Source: an uncultured Planctomycetota bacterium | GTDB lineage: Bacteria; Planctomycetota; Planctomycetia; Isosphaerales; Isosphaeraceae | NCBI GenBank assembly: GCA_963845755.1 | Contig: CAWJTV010000020.1 | Coordinates: 128,001-192,000, forward strand | DNA length: 64,000 nucleotides | Direction: 5' to 3' | In this document: in pieces, positions 10,228 through 21,019 of the stretch | Layout: every line of letters starts with the position of its first letter | How positions within the stretch are numbered: the stretch's first letter is position 1 | The notes under the pieces: generated by a model | What the model saw: only the letters and a program-made list of their open reading frames with translations | Told to the model about the DNA's origin: nothing | Databases searched by the model: none | Made by a program: the position numbers and the translations under genes

Positions 10228-12909
10228 ATGAAACGCCGAGATGTCCGAATTCCGCGGTTCGCCATGATCTGCCTCGTCGCGGGGATCCTCCAGGGATCGG
10301 TCCGTCCGGCTCATGCCCAGCTCTCCGCGACGGAAGAAGAACGCCTGCAGATCTTGACCGACCCGGATGCGATCAAGAAGAAGCTGGAGAAGGATCGAGA
10401 GAAGATCCCTTACGAATTCTTCAAGTCCCAGGTTGCCCCATTCGACGTACTTCCGTTCGTCAAGCCGCACCACTGGTCCACGCTCACACTGGAGATGAGG
10501 ACCAACAAGGACGAATACGAGGGGTTCCTGCAAACGGATGCCGTCCAGCTTCCGGGGATGCCGCTCAGGATCGTCTATCGGCGGGATGCACGGCTGATGA
10601 AAGAGCAGCGCCGGGCGTTGGCACAGCAGGTGATGCTCACCAAGATCCCCAAGGAATGGACGCTGGACCTGGTCCGTACCGGGGCCTTGCGCCCCGACGC
10701 GAGCACGTCGGCGCTCCTGACGACGCTGGAACCGCACCAGATGCTGGTCCTGATCCTCAGCAAGGATGCGACGAACCAGTTCGCGTCGTGGGGCCGGATG
10801 GCGTCGATGATTCCGATGGGCGTCGAGCGGGACGACACCCGGGTCCTGGATCGTCAGCGCTATTACCGGCTAGTGATGCCGATGCAGCCGGACAAGCCGA
10901 CGCTGTCGTCGCATCCGCTGACCTGGACGACGATCAGCCACATCGTCTGGGACGGACTGCCCCCTGACGTGTTGTCGGTGTCGCAGCAGCAGGCCATCCT
11001 GGACTGGCTGCACTGGGGGGGGCAGTTGATCTTCACCGGCGGGGCGGGGCAGTCCTACGCGATTTATCACGACAGCTTCCTGGGCCCGTACCTCCCGGCC
11101 GAGGCGAGTGGGCAGACCGTCGGCCTGACCCAGGAGGACCTGCAGCCGCTCTCGCAGTCCTATCCGCCACCCACGGAGCCGGACCTGCCCGCCACCGACG
11201 GCACAGAAGCAGTCCCTCCGGTCCGACAGGGATTCGGGCGCATCTATCGGGCGCCTGTGCCGATTCTGGTGGCGCGCGACAAGCCGGTATACCTGTCGGT
11301 GCTTCGCGCAGCCGAGGGTGCGTCGACCATCCCGCTGGGTGAGGCGAGTCCTCACCTCCTGGCCGTCGAGCGTCGGGTCGGTCGGGGGCGGATCACCATG
11401 CTGACCATTAACCCACTCGAGCCGTCGCTGGCGACCTGGCCGGGCCTCGATACGATGGTCCGCCGCGTGCTCCTCCGCCGGCCCGAGGAGGCCGTCGTGG
11501 GGGCGGCGGGTTTCGACGGTCTCACCTACCGGGGTCCCCGGCGGAACCGGCTAGGCGGCCCGGACCTCACCTGGTACCGGATCATCAGCCGCGATGCCCG
11601 GCCCGGCGAAGACACGGCAGGCCGGTTGCCCAAACCACCGAAGCTGGAGCAACGCCCGAACCCTCCCGAGCCAACCAAGTCGAACGTGGCTGTCCTCGAG
11701 GATGAGAATGACCCCGAGAACCAGGTCTCCGAGATCGGCGTCGCCGACTGGCGCGATAACGCACGGTTCCCTACCCTGAGCCGTGACCTGCTGGAAGAGG
11801 CCTCCGGCATCACCATTCCCAGCAAGCTTTTCGTGCTGAAGGTGATCCTCGCCTACCTGATCGCCGTCGTGCCCTTGAACTGGCTGATCTGCCGATTTGC
11901 GCTCAATCGCCGCGAATGGGCGTGGGTGGTCGTACCCGTGGTCGCCCTGGGCTTCGCGATTGCCGTGCAGCGCGTGGCCGCCTACGACATGGGGTTCGAC
12001 TCGGCCTGCGATGAGATCGATATGCTGGAGGTCCATGGAGATTACGCCCGCGGCCACCTCAGCCGGTTCGCTTCGCTCTATACGACCGGCCGGGGAAACT
12101 ACAACATCACCTATCCGAACAATAACACTGCGCTGGCCCTGCCGCTGAACAATGGGCTGTCGATCCGCGGCGAGGATGTGACGACATCGACGTGGCAATC
12201 CGCGCCGGTGCCCGGTTTGCTGGGCCTGTCGGTCCAGCCGCGGAGCATGTCAATGTTCCGAGCGGAGGAGATGGCGCCCCTGGCCGGCGCCCTTCGTATC
12301 GAGGGCGATGGCGCGAGCCGCCGGCTGGTGAATGGGAGCGAGCTGGAGCTCCGCGACGCGATCCTCATCGACATGTCCACGAACGATCCGCCGAAGGAGC
12401 CGGTCGGTTCGGCCGAACGGAAGGCCGTCGGCCGCCGCGACGACACAACGAGTACCGATCAGCGGAAGGAGCTGTACCTGGGGACCATCGCCGCTGGGGC
12501 CACGGTCGATCTCGGTGCGACGGCCGCCACGCCGCCACCGGAGCGGGTCGATTTCGCGGCCGGCCCCGATCCGAATTCGATCCTCCGGGCTCTGCGAACA
12601 ACGCGGGAGCGTCGCGATGAGAATGCCGGCGAGGTCCGGCTGGTCGCCTGGATCCCTCGCGCGATGCCCGGCCAGGTCATCGATCCGCCGGTCGATCGCC
12701 AACGCGGGTTCACCGCGGTGATCGTCCACCTTCGGAGCGGGCCTCCGCCGAATCCCGGCGGCCCTCATTACGACATCCTGGCCATGGGTCCCGAGAGGGC
12801 GCCGGCGGTCGAGATGGTGGCACCGACGACTTTCTCCGGCCGAGCTCGCCGGCCCCGGACCGCGCCCGCGGCGCCGGCCGGCAGTGCCGGATCCGTCACG
12901 CAACCCTGA
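10228..12909 (+). CDS. Large exported/membrane accessory protein of ABC exporter operon
   Basis: Signal peptide; GATase-like segment IVWDG..QQQAILDWLHWGGQLIFTGG; two central TM helices (YLIAVVPLNW, WAWVVVP); directly upstream of ABC ATPase. Confidence 0.8.
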   Translation: MKRRDVRIPRFAMICLVAGILQGSVRPAHAQLSATEEERLQILTDPDAIKKKLEKDREKIPYEFFKSQVAPFDVLPFVKPHHWSTLTLEMRTNKDEYEGFLQTDAVQLPGMPLRIVYRRDARLMKEQRRALAQQVMLTKIPKEWTLDLVRTGALRPDASTSALLTTLEPHQMLVLILSKDATNQFASWGRMASMIPMGVERDDTRVLDRQRYYRLVMPMQPDKPTLSSHPLTWTTISHIVWDGLPPDVLSVSQQQAILDWLHWGGQLIFTGGAGQSYAIYHDSFLGPYLPAEASGQTVGLTQEDLQPLSQSYPPPTEPDLPATDGTEAVPPVRQGFGRIYRAPVPILVARDKPVYLSVLRAAEGASTIPLGEASPHLLAVERRVGRGRITMLTINPLEPSLATWPGLDTMVRRVLLRRPEEAVVGAAGFDGLTYRGPRRNRLGGPDLTWYRIISRDARPGEDTAGRLPKPPKLEQRPNPPEPTKSNVAVLEDENDPENQVSEIGVADWRDNARFPTLSRDLLEEASGITIPSKLFVLKVILAYLIAVVPLNWLICRFALNRREWAWVVVPVVALGFAIAVQRVAAYDMGFDSACDEIDMLEVHGDYARGHLSRFASLYTTGRGNYNITYPNNNTALALPLNNGLSIRGEDVTTSTWQSAPVPGLLGLSVQPRSMSMFRAEEMAPLAGALRIEGDGASRRLVNGSELELRDAILIDMSTNDPPKEPVGSAERKAVGRRDDTTSTDQRKELYLGTIAAGATVDLGATAATPPPERVDFAAGPDPNSILRALRTTRERRDENAGEVRLVAWIPRAMPGQVIDPPVDRQRGFTAVIVHLRSGPPPNPGGPHYDILAMGPERAPAVEMVAPTTFSGRARRPRTAPAAPAGSAGSVTQP

Positions 12910-12945
12910 ATCCGGAATCCCCTAGAGATTGGAGACGTACGACCC

Positions 12946-13875
12946 ATGATCGAGGTGATCCACTTCACCAAGCATTACGGTGATTTCATCGCGGTCGATG
13001 ACCTGAGCTTCACCATCGGTCAGGGGGAGATCTTCGGTTTCATCGGGCCCAATGGCGCCGGCAAGAGCACCACGATCCGGTTCCTGGCCACCCTGCTACG
13101 ACCGACGGCCGGTGAGGGGCGGGTCGCGGGCCATTCGGTCACCGCCGAGCCGATGGCCGTCCGGCGCGTCATCGGCTTCATGCCCGATGACTTCGGCGTC
13201 TACGACGGGATGAAGGTCTGGGAGTTCCTCGACTTCTTCGCCGTCGCCTACGAGATCCCCCGCTCTTACCGCAAGAAGATCATCGGCGAGGTGCTCGACC
13301 TGCTCGACCTGACCCACAAGCGGGACGATTATGTCAACGGTCTCTCGAAGGGCATGAAGCAGCGGCTCTGCCTGGCCAAGACCCTGGTCCATGACCCGCC
13401 GGTGCTCATCCTCGACGAGCCGGCGTCGGGCCTGGACCCCAGGGCCAGGCTCGAGATGAAGGCGCTGCTCAACGAACTGCGCCAGATGGGCAAGACCATC
13501 CTGATCTCCAGTCATATCCTTTCGGAGCTGGCCGATTTCTGCACGTCGATCGGGATCATCGAGCGGGGCAAGCTCCTGGCCGCCGGCAGTATCCGGGACA
13601 TCCAGCAGCAGATCCGCTCCCACCGGGTCCTCAAGGTCCGGGTCCTGGACGAGTCGACCGAGAAGGCCGCCGAACTGCTCCGCCAGGACAGCTCCATTCG
13701 GCTGGTCGAGACCTACGATCATACCCTGAGCGCCGAGTTTGAAGGGCAAGACCCGGACATGGCTCGGCTGCTCGACCGGCTGATCCAGTCAGGGATTGTG
13801 GTCCAGTCGTTCGCCGAAGAGCCGCTCTCGCTCGAAGACGTCTTCATGATGATCACCAAGGGGATCGTGAGCTAG
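12946..13875 (+). CDS. ABC transporter ATP-binding protein (ABC-2 type)
   Basis: Walker A GPNGAGKS, signature LSKGMKQR, Walker B LILDEP, H-loop SSH. Confidence 0.95.
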   Translation: MIEVIHFTKHYGDFIAVDDLSFTIGQGEIFGFIGPNGAGKSTTIRFLATLLRPTAGEGRVAGHSVTAEPMAVRRVIGFMPDDFGVYDGMKVWEFLDFFAVAYEIPRSYRKKIIGEVLDLLDLTHKRDDYVNGLSKGMKQRLCLAKTLVHDPPVLILDEPASGLDPRARLEMKALLNELRQMGKTILISSHILSELADFCTSIGIIERGKLLAAGSIRDIQQQIRSHRVLKVRVLDESTEKAAELLRQDSSIRLVETYDHTLSAEFEGQDPDMARLLDRLIQSGIVVQSFAEEPLSLEDVFMMITKGIVS

Positions 13876-13878
13876 GCC

Positions 13879-13940
13879 GCAGGGTGGGTGAAACCCACCG
13901 AGATCGATCGTCCTTTCCTGGTGGGTTTCCTCCACCCGAC
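13879..13940. repeat. REP doublet (REPIN-like), GTAGGGTGGGTGAAACCCACC family
   Basis: gcagggtgggtgaaacccacc ... ggtgggtttcctccacccgac inverted pair right after a stop codon; relatives at 23957 and 37819. Confidence 0.75.
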
Positions 13941-13991
13941 TCGAATCCGTGGGGCGGGCATCTCTCCCACCGAAAGCCGCAGGGCCGCATC

Positions 13992-15665
13992 ATGTTAATC
14001 CGAGATAATCCCGTACTGACCCGCGAGCTGCTGGTGACCCTGCGGTCGCCGCGCTCGTTCATCCTCCAGTTGCTCTATGTCTGTGCCCTGGGGATGCTGG
14101 TGTTCTTCTACTGGCCGCCGGAAGCCGGCCAGCCCGGGGCCCATCAGGTCAGTCCGGCGGTGGCCCGCCGGCTCTTCGACATCTTCTTCCTCGGTCAATT
14201 CTTCCTGGTGTCGTTGATGGCGCCGACATTCGCCGCGGGGAGCATCACCGGGGAGAAGGAGCGGAAGACCTATGAGCTGCTGCTGGCCAGTCCGCTCCGG
14301 CCCGGGACGATCCTGGTGGGCAAGCTCTTGAGCTCGCTCAGCTACCTGGTGATCCTGATCGTCTCCAGCCTGCCGCTGATGATCCTCTGCTATCTGCTGG
14401 GGGGGCTGCTGCTCTCGGAGATCACCCGCGCCTACCTGGTGCTGATCCTGGCGGCCGGGACGTTCGGGCTGCTGAGCGTCGCCTGCTCGAGCTTCTTCGG
14501 CCGCACCAGCTCGGCGCTGGTCGTCAGCTACCTGGTGATCCTTCCCCTGGCGGTCGCCTGCGTGGTGCTGACGCGCACCGAGTACGTCGAGGCGCGCGAT
14601 TTCGTCTCGATCGCCGTGCTGCCGCCGTGGTGCTTGGCCACCTGGACCGTGCTGGGCATCCTGGTCAACGGGCGGCTCCTCCGGCCTCCCGACGTGGGCA
14701 GTGAGGGCAAGGATGTCGTTGACGAGGAGGAGGAGATGAAGTACGCGATCGGGGTGGTCATCGATCGCGAGCTGTTCCCGGACAAGCTCTTCGCGCCGGC
14801 CAAGCGGCACGACCTGATGCCCGATGGGACCAATCCCGTGCTCGATAAGGAGCTGAGGAGCGAGATCTTCAGTCAAGGCACGCTGATGTTGCGCGTGGTC
14901 ATCCAGGTGAGCATGCTGCTGTCGATCCCGCTGATGGCGTTCCTGCTGTTCCTCCGCTCGGACCTGGCGGCTTACTACGTCGCCTATGTGCTCACCTTCA
15001 ACCTCCTGGTCGGGCCGGTGTTCTCGGCCGGGAGCATCACGCAGGAGCGGGAGCGACAGACGCTGAGTCTGCTGCTGACCACCTTGCTCGGCCCCGGCAA
15101 GATCGTGATCGCCAAGTTGCTGGCGGCACTGCGGGTCTCCACCGTGTTGACCTTCTTGCTGACCGAGCAGATCCTGCTCGCCTACGTCCTGCTGCCCGAG
15201 CTTCGGGGCCGGTTCTGGACGCTGGTCGTCTTCCTGCTGATCATCGCCACCACCTGCCTGGCGACCTCGTCGATCGGGCTGTTGTGCTCGTCGCTGGCCA
15301 GGCGGTCTTCCGTGGCGATGGTCCTGACGTACCTGAGCTTGCTTCTCCTCTTCGTGATGCCGATGGGACTGTCGTGGTATCTCCAGGGGATCGAGTCGGT
15401 GAGCAAGGAGCAATTGGCCGCCTTCTCGGTCACCAGCCCGTTCTCTGCGGCGCTGAGCGTCCCCATGCAGACGACCCGCAGCGATGTCTTCTCCAACGCG
15501 CCGGCGATGCTCACCGATTCCATACTGATCCCGGTCGCGCAGGGCATCCGGTTGCCGGTCTGGGCGATCTTTCTGTGTATCTACCCGCCGTTGAGCCTCG
15601 TCTTCTTCCTGTTGACCTACCTGGCCTTCCGATGGCGATGGTGGCGATCGGGCGGACTGGGTTAG
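13992..15665 (+). CDS. ABC-2 type permease with two tandem permease halves
   Basis: Two copies of NPVLxxEL and of AGSITxExERxT..LLL...L.PG.I...KLL; many TM helices. Confidence 0.9.
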   Translation: MLIRDNPVLTRELLVTLRSPRSFILQLLYVCALGMLVFFYWPPEAGQPGAHQVSPAVARRLFDIFFLGQFFLVSLMAPTFAAGSITGEKERKTYELLLASPLRPGTILVGKLLSSLSYLVILIVSSLPLMILCYLLGGLLLSEITRAYLVLILAAGTFGLLSVACSSFFGRTSSALVVSYLVILPLAVACVVLTRTEYVEARDFVSIAVLPPWCLATWTVLGILVNGRLLRPPDVGSEGKDVVDEEEEMKYAIGVVIDRELFPDKLFAPAKRHDLMPDGTNPVLDKELRSEIFSQGTLMLRVVIQVSMLLSIPLMAFLLFLRSDLAAYYVAYVLTFNLLVGPVFSAGSITQERERQTLSLLLTTLLGPGKIVIAKLLAALRVSTVLTFLLTEQILLAYVLLPELRGRFWTLVVFLLIIATTCLATSSIGLLCSSLARRSSVAMVLTYLSLLLLFVMPMGLSWYLQGIESVSKEQLAAFSVTSPFSAALSVPMQTTRSDVFSNAPAMLTDSILIPVAQGIRLPVWAIFLCIYPPLSLVFFLLTYLAFRWRWWRSGGLG

Positions 15666-15677
15666 TGCCGCTCGCGC

Positions 15678-16589
15678 TCACCGGTGGCTCTTCTCCGGCA
15701 CCCCCTTGGGCAAGGTGCCATTGTCGAGGTACCACATGTTGTCGGGCCCGCGCACCAGGCCGACGATGGCCGGGATCGAGGCGATGGGACCCTCCTGGCG
15801 CCGGCCGCGGATGGCGATCTTGAGGGTGAACTTGGCCTCGATCCGGGCCTGGCCGGCGCTCTTCTCGCTGCGGAATTCCACCACGTCGAACACCAGCGGA
15901 GTCATCGCTCCGGCCTGGCTTCCCTTGATCGTGCGGATGCGATCAGCCCAGTAGGCCTTGAATCCTTCAAAGGACCCGAAGGCGGTGGAAGTCCGGCCCG
16001 CAGTGCTGAGCAACAGCCACATCCTCCGGTAATGGGGGACGTGATGGGAGAGCGCTCCGTAGAAGTCGCGTATAGCCTGTTCGGGGGTCATCCGGACGGG
16101 GCGCTCCAGCGTGATGAGGATCGGATAGCTGAGTACGGCCGCCCCCGCCGCGCCCAGCAGCAGGAGCAGGAAGAGGAACCCCAGGTAGTTCATGAAAAGA
16201 TAGATGAGGATCGCGAAGGCGAACAACCAGCCGGCCAGGAGGATCAACGTCGGCCCCCATTCGGCCTGTCGGGACCAGACCTCCTCGACGAGGTCCCCGG
16301 GATCTTCTCTGGCAGGTTCCTCGGAACGCGCCGGCCGGGCCTGTCGGGGCCGGTCGGGCTTGGGCTCGCTCGGCCGGGCTGCGGCGGTGTTCGAGACTGG
16401 CGAGATCCTGGGTACGACCTCGGGTTCTGGGGCCAGGTCGAAGACGTCACCCTGTTCCCTCGTGGGCGCGGCACTCGCGACGGGGTTTGCCGGCTGGCTG
16501 GCGCCCTCGTCTCGGAAGAGGAGATCGGCCGAAGCGATCTCCGGGTCGTGCGTCTTCCCCCCGTCGTCGTGCGGAATCTCCTTAGCCAT
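15678..16589 (-). CDS. Hypothetical membrane protein (disordered N-terminus, 2 TM, C-terminal globular domain)
   Basis: GGAGG RBS before MAKEIP; two hydrophobic helices; downstream of the SDR on the same strand. Confidence 0.75.
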   Translation of the reverse strand: MAKEIPHDDGGKTHDPEIASADLLFRDEGASQPANPVASAAPTREQGDVFDLAPEPEVVPRISPVSNTAAARPSEPKPDRPRQARPARSEEPAREDPGDLVEEVWSRQAEWGPTLILLAGWLFAFAILIYLFMNYLGFLFLLLLLGAAGAAVLSYPILITLERPVRMTPEQAIRDFYGALSHHVPHYRRMWLLLSTAGRTSTAFGSFEGFKAYWADRIRTIKGSQAGAMTPLVFDVVEFRSEKSAGQARIEAKFTLKIAIRGRRQEGPIASIPAIVGLVRGPDNMWYLDNGTLPKGVPEKSHR

Positions 16590-16694
16590 CGACATCCTCC
16601 GCCGAAAGTGCGTCGGCCACCAATAGATCGGTCGAGAAGCCGATTGTATCCTCCCACGCCTCAAGAAGCGACTCTCGGTCCACTTCGGGCCGGA

Positions 16695-17462
16695 TCATCC
16701 CAGGAAGCCGCCGTCAACCTCGAGCACATGCCCCGAGATGTAGCCGGCCAGCGGAGAGCAGAGGAACAAGACCGCCTCGGCCACGTCCTGGGGCCGTCCC
16801 AGCCGCTGCAAGGCGATCGACTTGACCAGTTGGGCTCGGGCCGCTTCCGTGATCTGGGCGGCCATGCGTGTGTCAATCACTCCCGGTGCGACGGCATTGA
16901 CCCGGATCGATCGTTTCGCGCATTCCCGGGCCAGCACGCGGGTCAGCGCCTGCACGCCGGCTTTGGCGGCCGCGTAGTTCGACTGGCCGTGGAATCCCAT
17001 CTTGGCGGCCAGGCTCCCCACGGAGACGATCGAGCCCCCATCGCGCAGGACCTCGAGGCCGTACTTGCAGCAATAGAAGACCCCGCTGAGATCGACATCG
17101 AGCACGGATCGCCACTCGTCGAGCGTCATCCTGGCGATCGACCGGTCGCGGAGGATCCCCGCGTTGTTCACGAGGATATCGAGCCCTCCCCATTCCCGAC
17201 GGATGTCCTGCATCATCGATTCGACGGCGCCGGGATCGCTCACGTCGGCCACCGAGACGCGCGCGCTGTCGGTCCGCTGCGAAAGCAGCTCGTCGAGCAG
17301 CGCAATGGCATCTTGATGGACCTTGCCTCGCGAGAGGTCCGGATGATTGAGGACCACCCGAGCGCCGGCCGCGTGGAGCAGCCGTGCCGTCTCCGCCCCG
17401 ATCCCCTGAGAGGAACCGGTCACCAGGGCCGTGCGTCCGGAAAGATCGATGGCGATGCTCAT
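16695..17462 (-). CDS. FabG-like short-chain dehydrogenase/reductase
   Basis: TGSSQGIG, NNAGILRD, YAAAK, VAPG, VDGG. Confidence 0.93.
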   Translation of the reverse strand: MSIAIDLSGRTALVTGSSQGIGAETARLLHAAGARVVLNHPDLSRGKVHQDAIALLDELLSQRTDSARVSVADVSDPGAVESMMQDIRREWGGLDILVNNAGILRDRSIARMTLDEWRSVLDVDLSGVFYCCKYGLEVLRDGGSIVSVGSLAAKMGFHGQSNYAAAKAGVQALTRVLARECAKRSIRVNAVAPGVIDTRMAAQITEAARAQLVKSIALQRLGRPQDVAEAVLFLCSPLAGYISGHVLEVDGGFLG

Positions 17463-17533
17463 CGGGTCGGACTCCTGGAATTTCGCATCACAACGGGACG
17501 AGAATCCTCAGAGTTTGCGGGAGAATCGAGGGA

Positions 17534-17607
17534 GGATTCCGGATACATGATTCCGAATTCCCGAATCATCTTGAATCCGGAATCGTGAATCCGGAATCGT
17601 GAATCCC
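17534..17607. repeat. Inverted heptamer tandem repeats (GGATTCC / GAATCCG-GAATCGT)
   Basis: ggattcc ggataca tgattcc gaattcc followed by gaatccg gaatcgt gaatccg gaatcgt gaatccc. Confidence 0.65.
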
Positions 17608-17641
17608 TCCAGGGTTTCGGCCGACGGTCGCGTCAGGACCT

Positions 17642-18523
17642 CTAATCGAAGACGAACCCTTTTTCCGCGATCCGGTACGGCAGGATCTCATCACCGCAGG
17701 CGCTGCCGCGGTGCTTGGCGACGGAGAGTGCGCGGCCCAGCTTGCCGTTATGACGCGTCCGTCCCATCAAGATGATCGTGTTGGCGTTGGCGAAGATGTC
17801 CCCCTGGCTGATCGGCTGGACCAGCAGGTCTTCGAGCATGACCTGGGGCGTCGTGTACAGATAGAGGCAGCCGATCCGCGACTGATCGTATCGGTGGCTC
17901 AGCACGGCGTCCTCGTACGCCCGGTACTTCTCCCGGAGCCACTCCCGGGCGGCCCATTCGTCCTCCTGGCGCAGGACATGGTGGTAGATGTACTCGAAGA
18001 ACTCGAACTGGATCGATTCGCTGAACCGCTCGGCCGGCTCCAGGCCGTCGAAGACGACCCGCCGGCACCCGCGCGCGAACTGCTGGTAGAAGAAGCCGAC
18101 CGCACAACGGAAGATTCGCGCCAGGTCGCTCTTCCATTGGTGCCACTGCTCCGTCTCGAGATCGCCGCGCGTGACCCGTCGGCCGCCGCGGTCGATCGGG
18201 TGGAAATAATCGCCGATCGGGCGGCTGAAGTCCCACGCGCGGTCGAAGTCCGGGGCAGTCGTCAACGGATAGGAGTTCAGATCCCAATCGAACAGTCGCG
18301 ACGCATATTCCGCGTGGTTCTGAGAATCGCCGCGGCTGGTCAGGTCGCAGATGATCCCGCGGCGGCCTTCGCCGCTCTGCCCGACCTGGGCCCAGCCCAG
18401 ACCCAGTTGCGTCTTGCCGGCGCCCGTTGCGCCAGCCACCACGGTCAGGGTCCCGGGCAGGAGTCCACCTCCCAGCGCCCGGTCCAGTTCGTCCCACCCA
18501 AAGGCATGTCGAGCAATAGACAT
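17642..18523 (-). CDS. Single-domain KaiC/RAD55-like RecA-superfamily ATPase
   Basis: LDRALGGGLLPG, Walker A GATGAGKT, Walker B VVFDG, C-terminal VAKHRGS. Confidence 0.88.
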   Translation of the reverse strand: MSIARHAFGWDELDRALGGGLLPGTLTVVAGATGAGKTQLGLGWAQVGQSGEGRRGIICDLTSRGDSQNHAEYASRLFDWDLNSYPLTTAPDFDRAWDFSRPIGDYFHPIDRGGRRVTRGDLETEQWHQWKSDLARIFRCAVGFFYQQFARGCRRVVFDGLEPAERFSESIQFEFFEYIYHHVLRQEDEWAAREWLREKYRAYEDAVLSHRYDQSRIGCLYLYTTPQVMLEDLLVQPISQGDIFANANTIILMGRTRHNGKLGRALSVAKHRGSACGDEILPYRIAEKGFVFD

Positions 18524-18902
18524 TCGTCTCTCGCGCAATCGGTCGCGGTCCGGCGCCGCAGGCCGGAAGGAATCGGAAACGTTCCATTGTGGTTCGCCCA
18601 CTCCGAGACCGGCAAGTGGCCAGGGTACGACTTTCCCGGGTGTCGGTGAAGTTGCCCCATCCGGAATGCCGAATTATGCCACAGAATCCGCACGATCCGG
18701 CGATCTGGGGATTTGGTCGCCAACCTACGCCGGCTGCGTTCGCCCCAAGACCGGGAGTTGACCATGCAAATTATTGAAAACTAAGGGTTTACAGAGATTC
18801 CTTCGGAAGTTCGGTGGTGCTGGCCAGGACCGGCTTCGAGCGGTCGTGAGGTCGGTGGCACCCGCTCGACCTTATCAACGAATCGAGCCAGGAAGGCCGT
18901 CC

Positions 18903-21012
18903 GTGAAAAGACGAAGCACGAACGCGAATGTCAGGTCCTGGGCCGTCGGGGGACGGTGTCGGCATCCGCTTGCGCGATGCTCGTGGGCCTGATGGTCTTG
19001 CAGTTCATGCCGTCCAGCCTTCGTGCTCAGGTGCCCTTGACCGGGCCGAATTCGGATTCGGCCGCGAAAACGGGAGTCGACCCGCTTCAAACCCCGCCCG
19101 TCCGACCCTCTGCGACGGTACCCGTCGTTCCCGCGATGGGAACTCAAACGCCACCGCGAGCCGTTGTGGCTCCGGACCGAGGGGATCACCCGCTGCCGCC
19201 GCCGATTCCCTTCGAGGCGTTCCCCCGGGTGATCTCGATCGATCCGTCGCCGGTCGCGTCCAGCCGCCGGTCCGCGGCGCCTCAACCCCGGCTGATCCCG
19301 TACTCGCGCGATGCCTCGGGCCTGGCTCCCGAACGCCCACCGGGACCTCCCCCGCAACGGCCCGACGAGGAAGTCGCCAGGGACGTGACCAACTTGATCC
19401 AGAAGGTCATCGAGCCCGAAGCCGAGATCGGTTTGGTTGAGGGCCAATTCCGGACCATCCAGACCCGTCGGCCGCTCGACCGAGTGCTCATCGCCAATCC
19501 TTTGATCGCCGACATCGAGCTGCTCAACGACCGGCCCGGCCTCACTTTGGTCAATGTCCAGGGGAAGATGTCCGGAACGACGACCCTTACCCTCTGGGAT
19601 GAGACGAACCGTCCGGTCTCGTTCCTGGTCCGGGTCACGATCGACACGAAGGACCTGGAGCTGCGGATCCGCCAGGCCTTCCCTGGCGCCAACGTCAAAG
19701 TCCGCCAGATCGGGACTCAGGTCATCCTGGAAGGACAGGTCTCCGACTCCAAGACCATGGCCGACATTCTCGAGGTCGTCACGATGACGCTCAGGACGAG
19801 CCCGATGTTCCGAGGTGGCGGCGGTGGCGGCGGGATGGGCGGTGGCGGCGGGATGGGTGGTGGCGGCGGGATGGGTGGTGGCGGGATGAGTGGTGGCGGG
19901 ATGGGCGGTGGCGGTGGGATGGGCGGTGGCGGTGGGATGGGCGGCGGTGGGATGGGTGGCGGCGGGATGGGAGGCGGGCTCGTCCTGGTCAATCGGGTCA
20001 CTGTCCCCGGTCCTCGCCAGGTCCTGCTGCACGTCAAGATCGCGGAGCTCAATCGCAGCGCGACTCGCGATATCGGCGTAAGCTGGCTTTATGCGCGGGG
20101 GAAATCCATCATCGGCTCGGCGATCGGCAACGACGCGGTGTTCACCACGACCGGGAACGCAAGCATCAATCAGAGCCTGGGACCGCGCGGGTTCGCCGGA
20201 GCGGTCCAGGGGACCGTGGGCGGGTCCACCTCGGCGGCGCCCTCCGGTAGCTCGCCGCTCTTCGGTGTCTTCGATGCCGGGCATTTCTCACTGTTCATCG
20301 ACGCCCTACGCTCCAACAGCCTGGCGAAGATCCTCGCCGAGCCGAACTTGATGGCCCTGGAGGGGCAGCCGGCTCGCTTCCTGGTCGGCGGGATGTTCCC
20401 GTTCCCGGTCCCACAAAGCTCCTCTCTACCGGGAGGGACGGCCGTCGTCACGGTCCAGTTCCAGCGGTTCGGCACGATCCTGACCTTCGTCCCTCAGATC
20501 CTCGCCAATGACGTGATCCGTCTGGATGTCGAACCGGTCATCAGCGAGCTCAATTTCGCGCAATCCACCACCGTCAACGGCGGGACAGTCCCCTCGATCA
20601 CCGAACGGAGCGCCCGAACCGTCGTCGAGCTCCGCGAGGGCCAGACCCTGGCGATTGCCGGGCTCCTGCAATTGACCTCCAACAACACGACCGTCCGGGT
20701 CCCGGGACTCGGCGATCTGCCCCTCGTGGGCCCGTGGTTCAGCGCGAACACTGCCGAAGCGATCGAGACCGAAACGATCATCCTGGTCACCCCCCAGCTC
20801 GTCGCGCCCTGGACCCGAAGGACGTGACCGAAACGCCGGGCGACCGTGTCTTCCAGCCCAACGACGCCGAGTTCTACTTGCTCGGACGCATCGAGGGCAA
20901 ACTGGGCCGGGAGTTCCGAGCGACCAAGGCCGAGCAGGACCCGCTCAACCTGATGAAACACTTCCAGAGCGAACAGCAATGGATCATCGGCCCTCATGGT
21001 CATTCGGATTAG
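18903..21012 (+). CDS. cpaC: Tad/Flp pilus secretin (CpaC/RcpA family); frameshifts near 18972 and 20810
   Basis: RVLIANPLIADI..G.TTLTLWD (T2SS-T3SS_pil_N-like), QVLLHVKIAELNR, LAEPNL, FLVGG.FP, VELREGQTLAIAGL, VPGLGDLP; tail in ORF 20734..21012; start uncertain. Confidence 0.88.
19814..19978 (+). repeat. Coding low-complexity repeat (G4-7M)x9 inside the secretin
   Basis: ggy-ggc-ggc-ggg-atg units encoding 55 aa of Gly/Met (one Ser). Confidence 0.95.
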
Positions 21013-21019
21013 CCATGGG

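Noticed and set aside
15684..17588. Long alternative ORFs (e.g. 634 aa + strand here, 18875..20284 -, 48649..50409 -, 13995..15413 -)
   Set aside because: Antisense shadows of well-supported genes, expected in high-GC DNA; no motifs
17642..18523. Circadian clock KaiC
   Set aside because: Single domain only, and no kaiA or kaiB nearby
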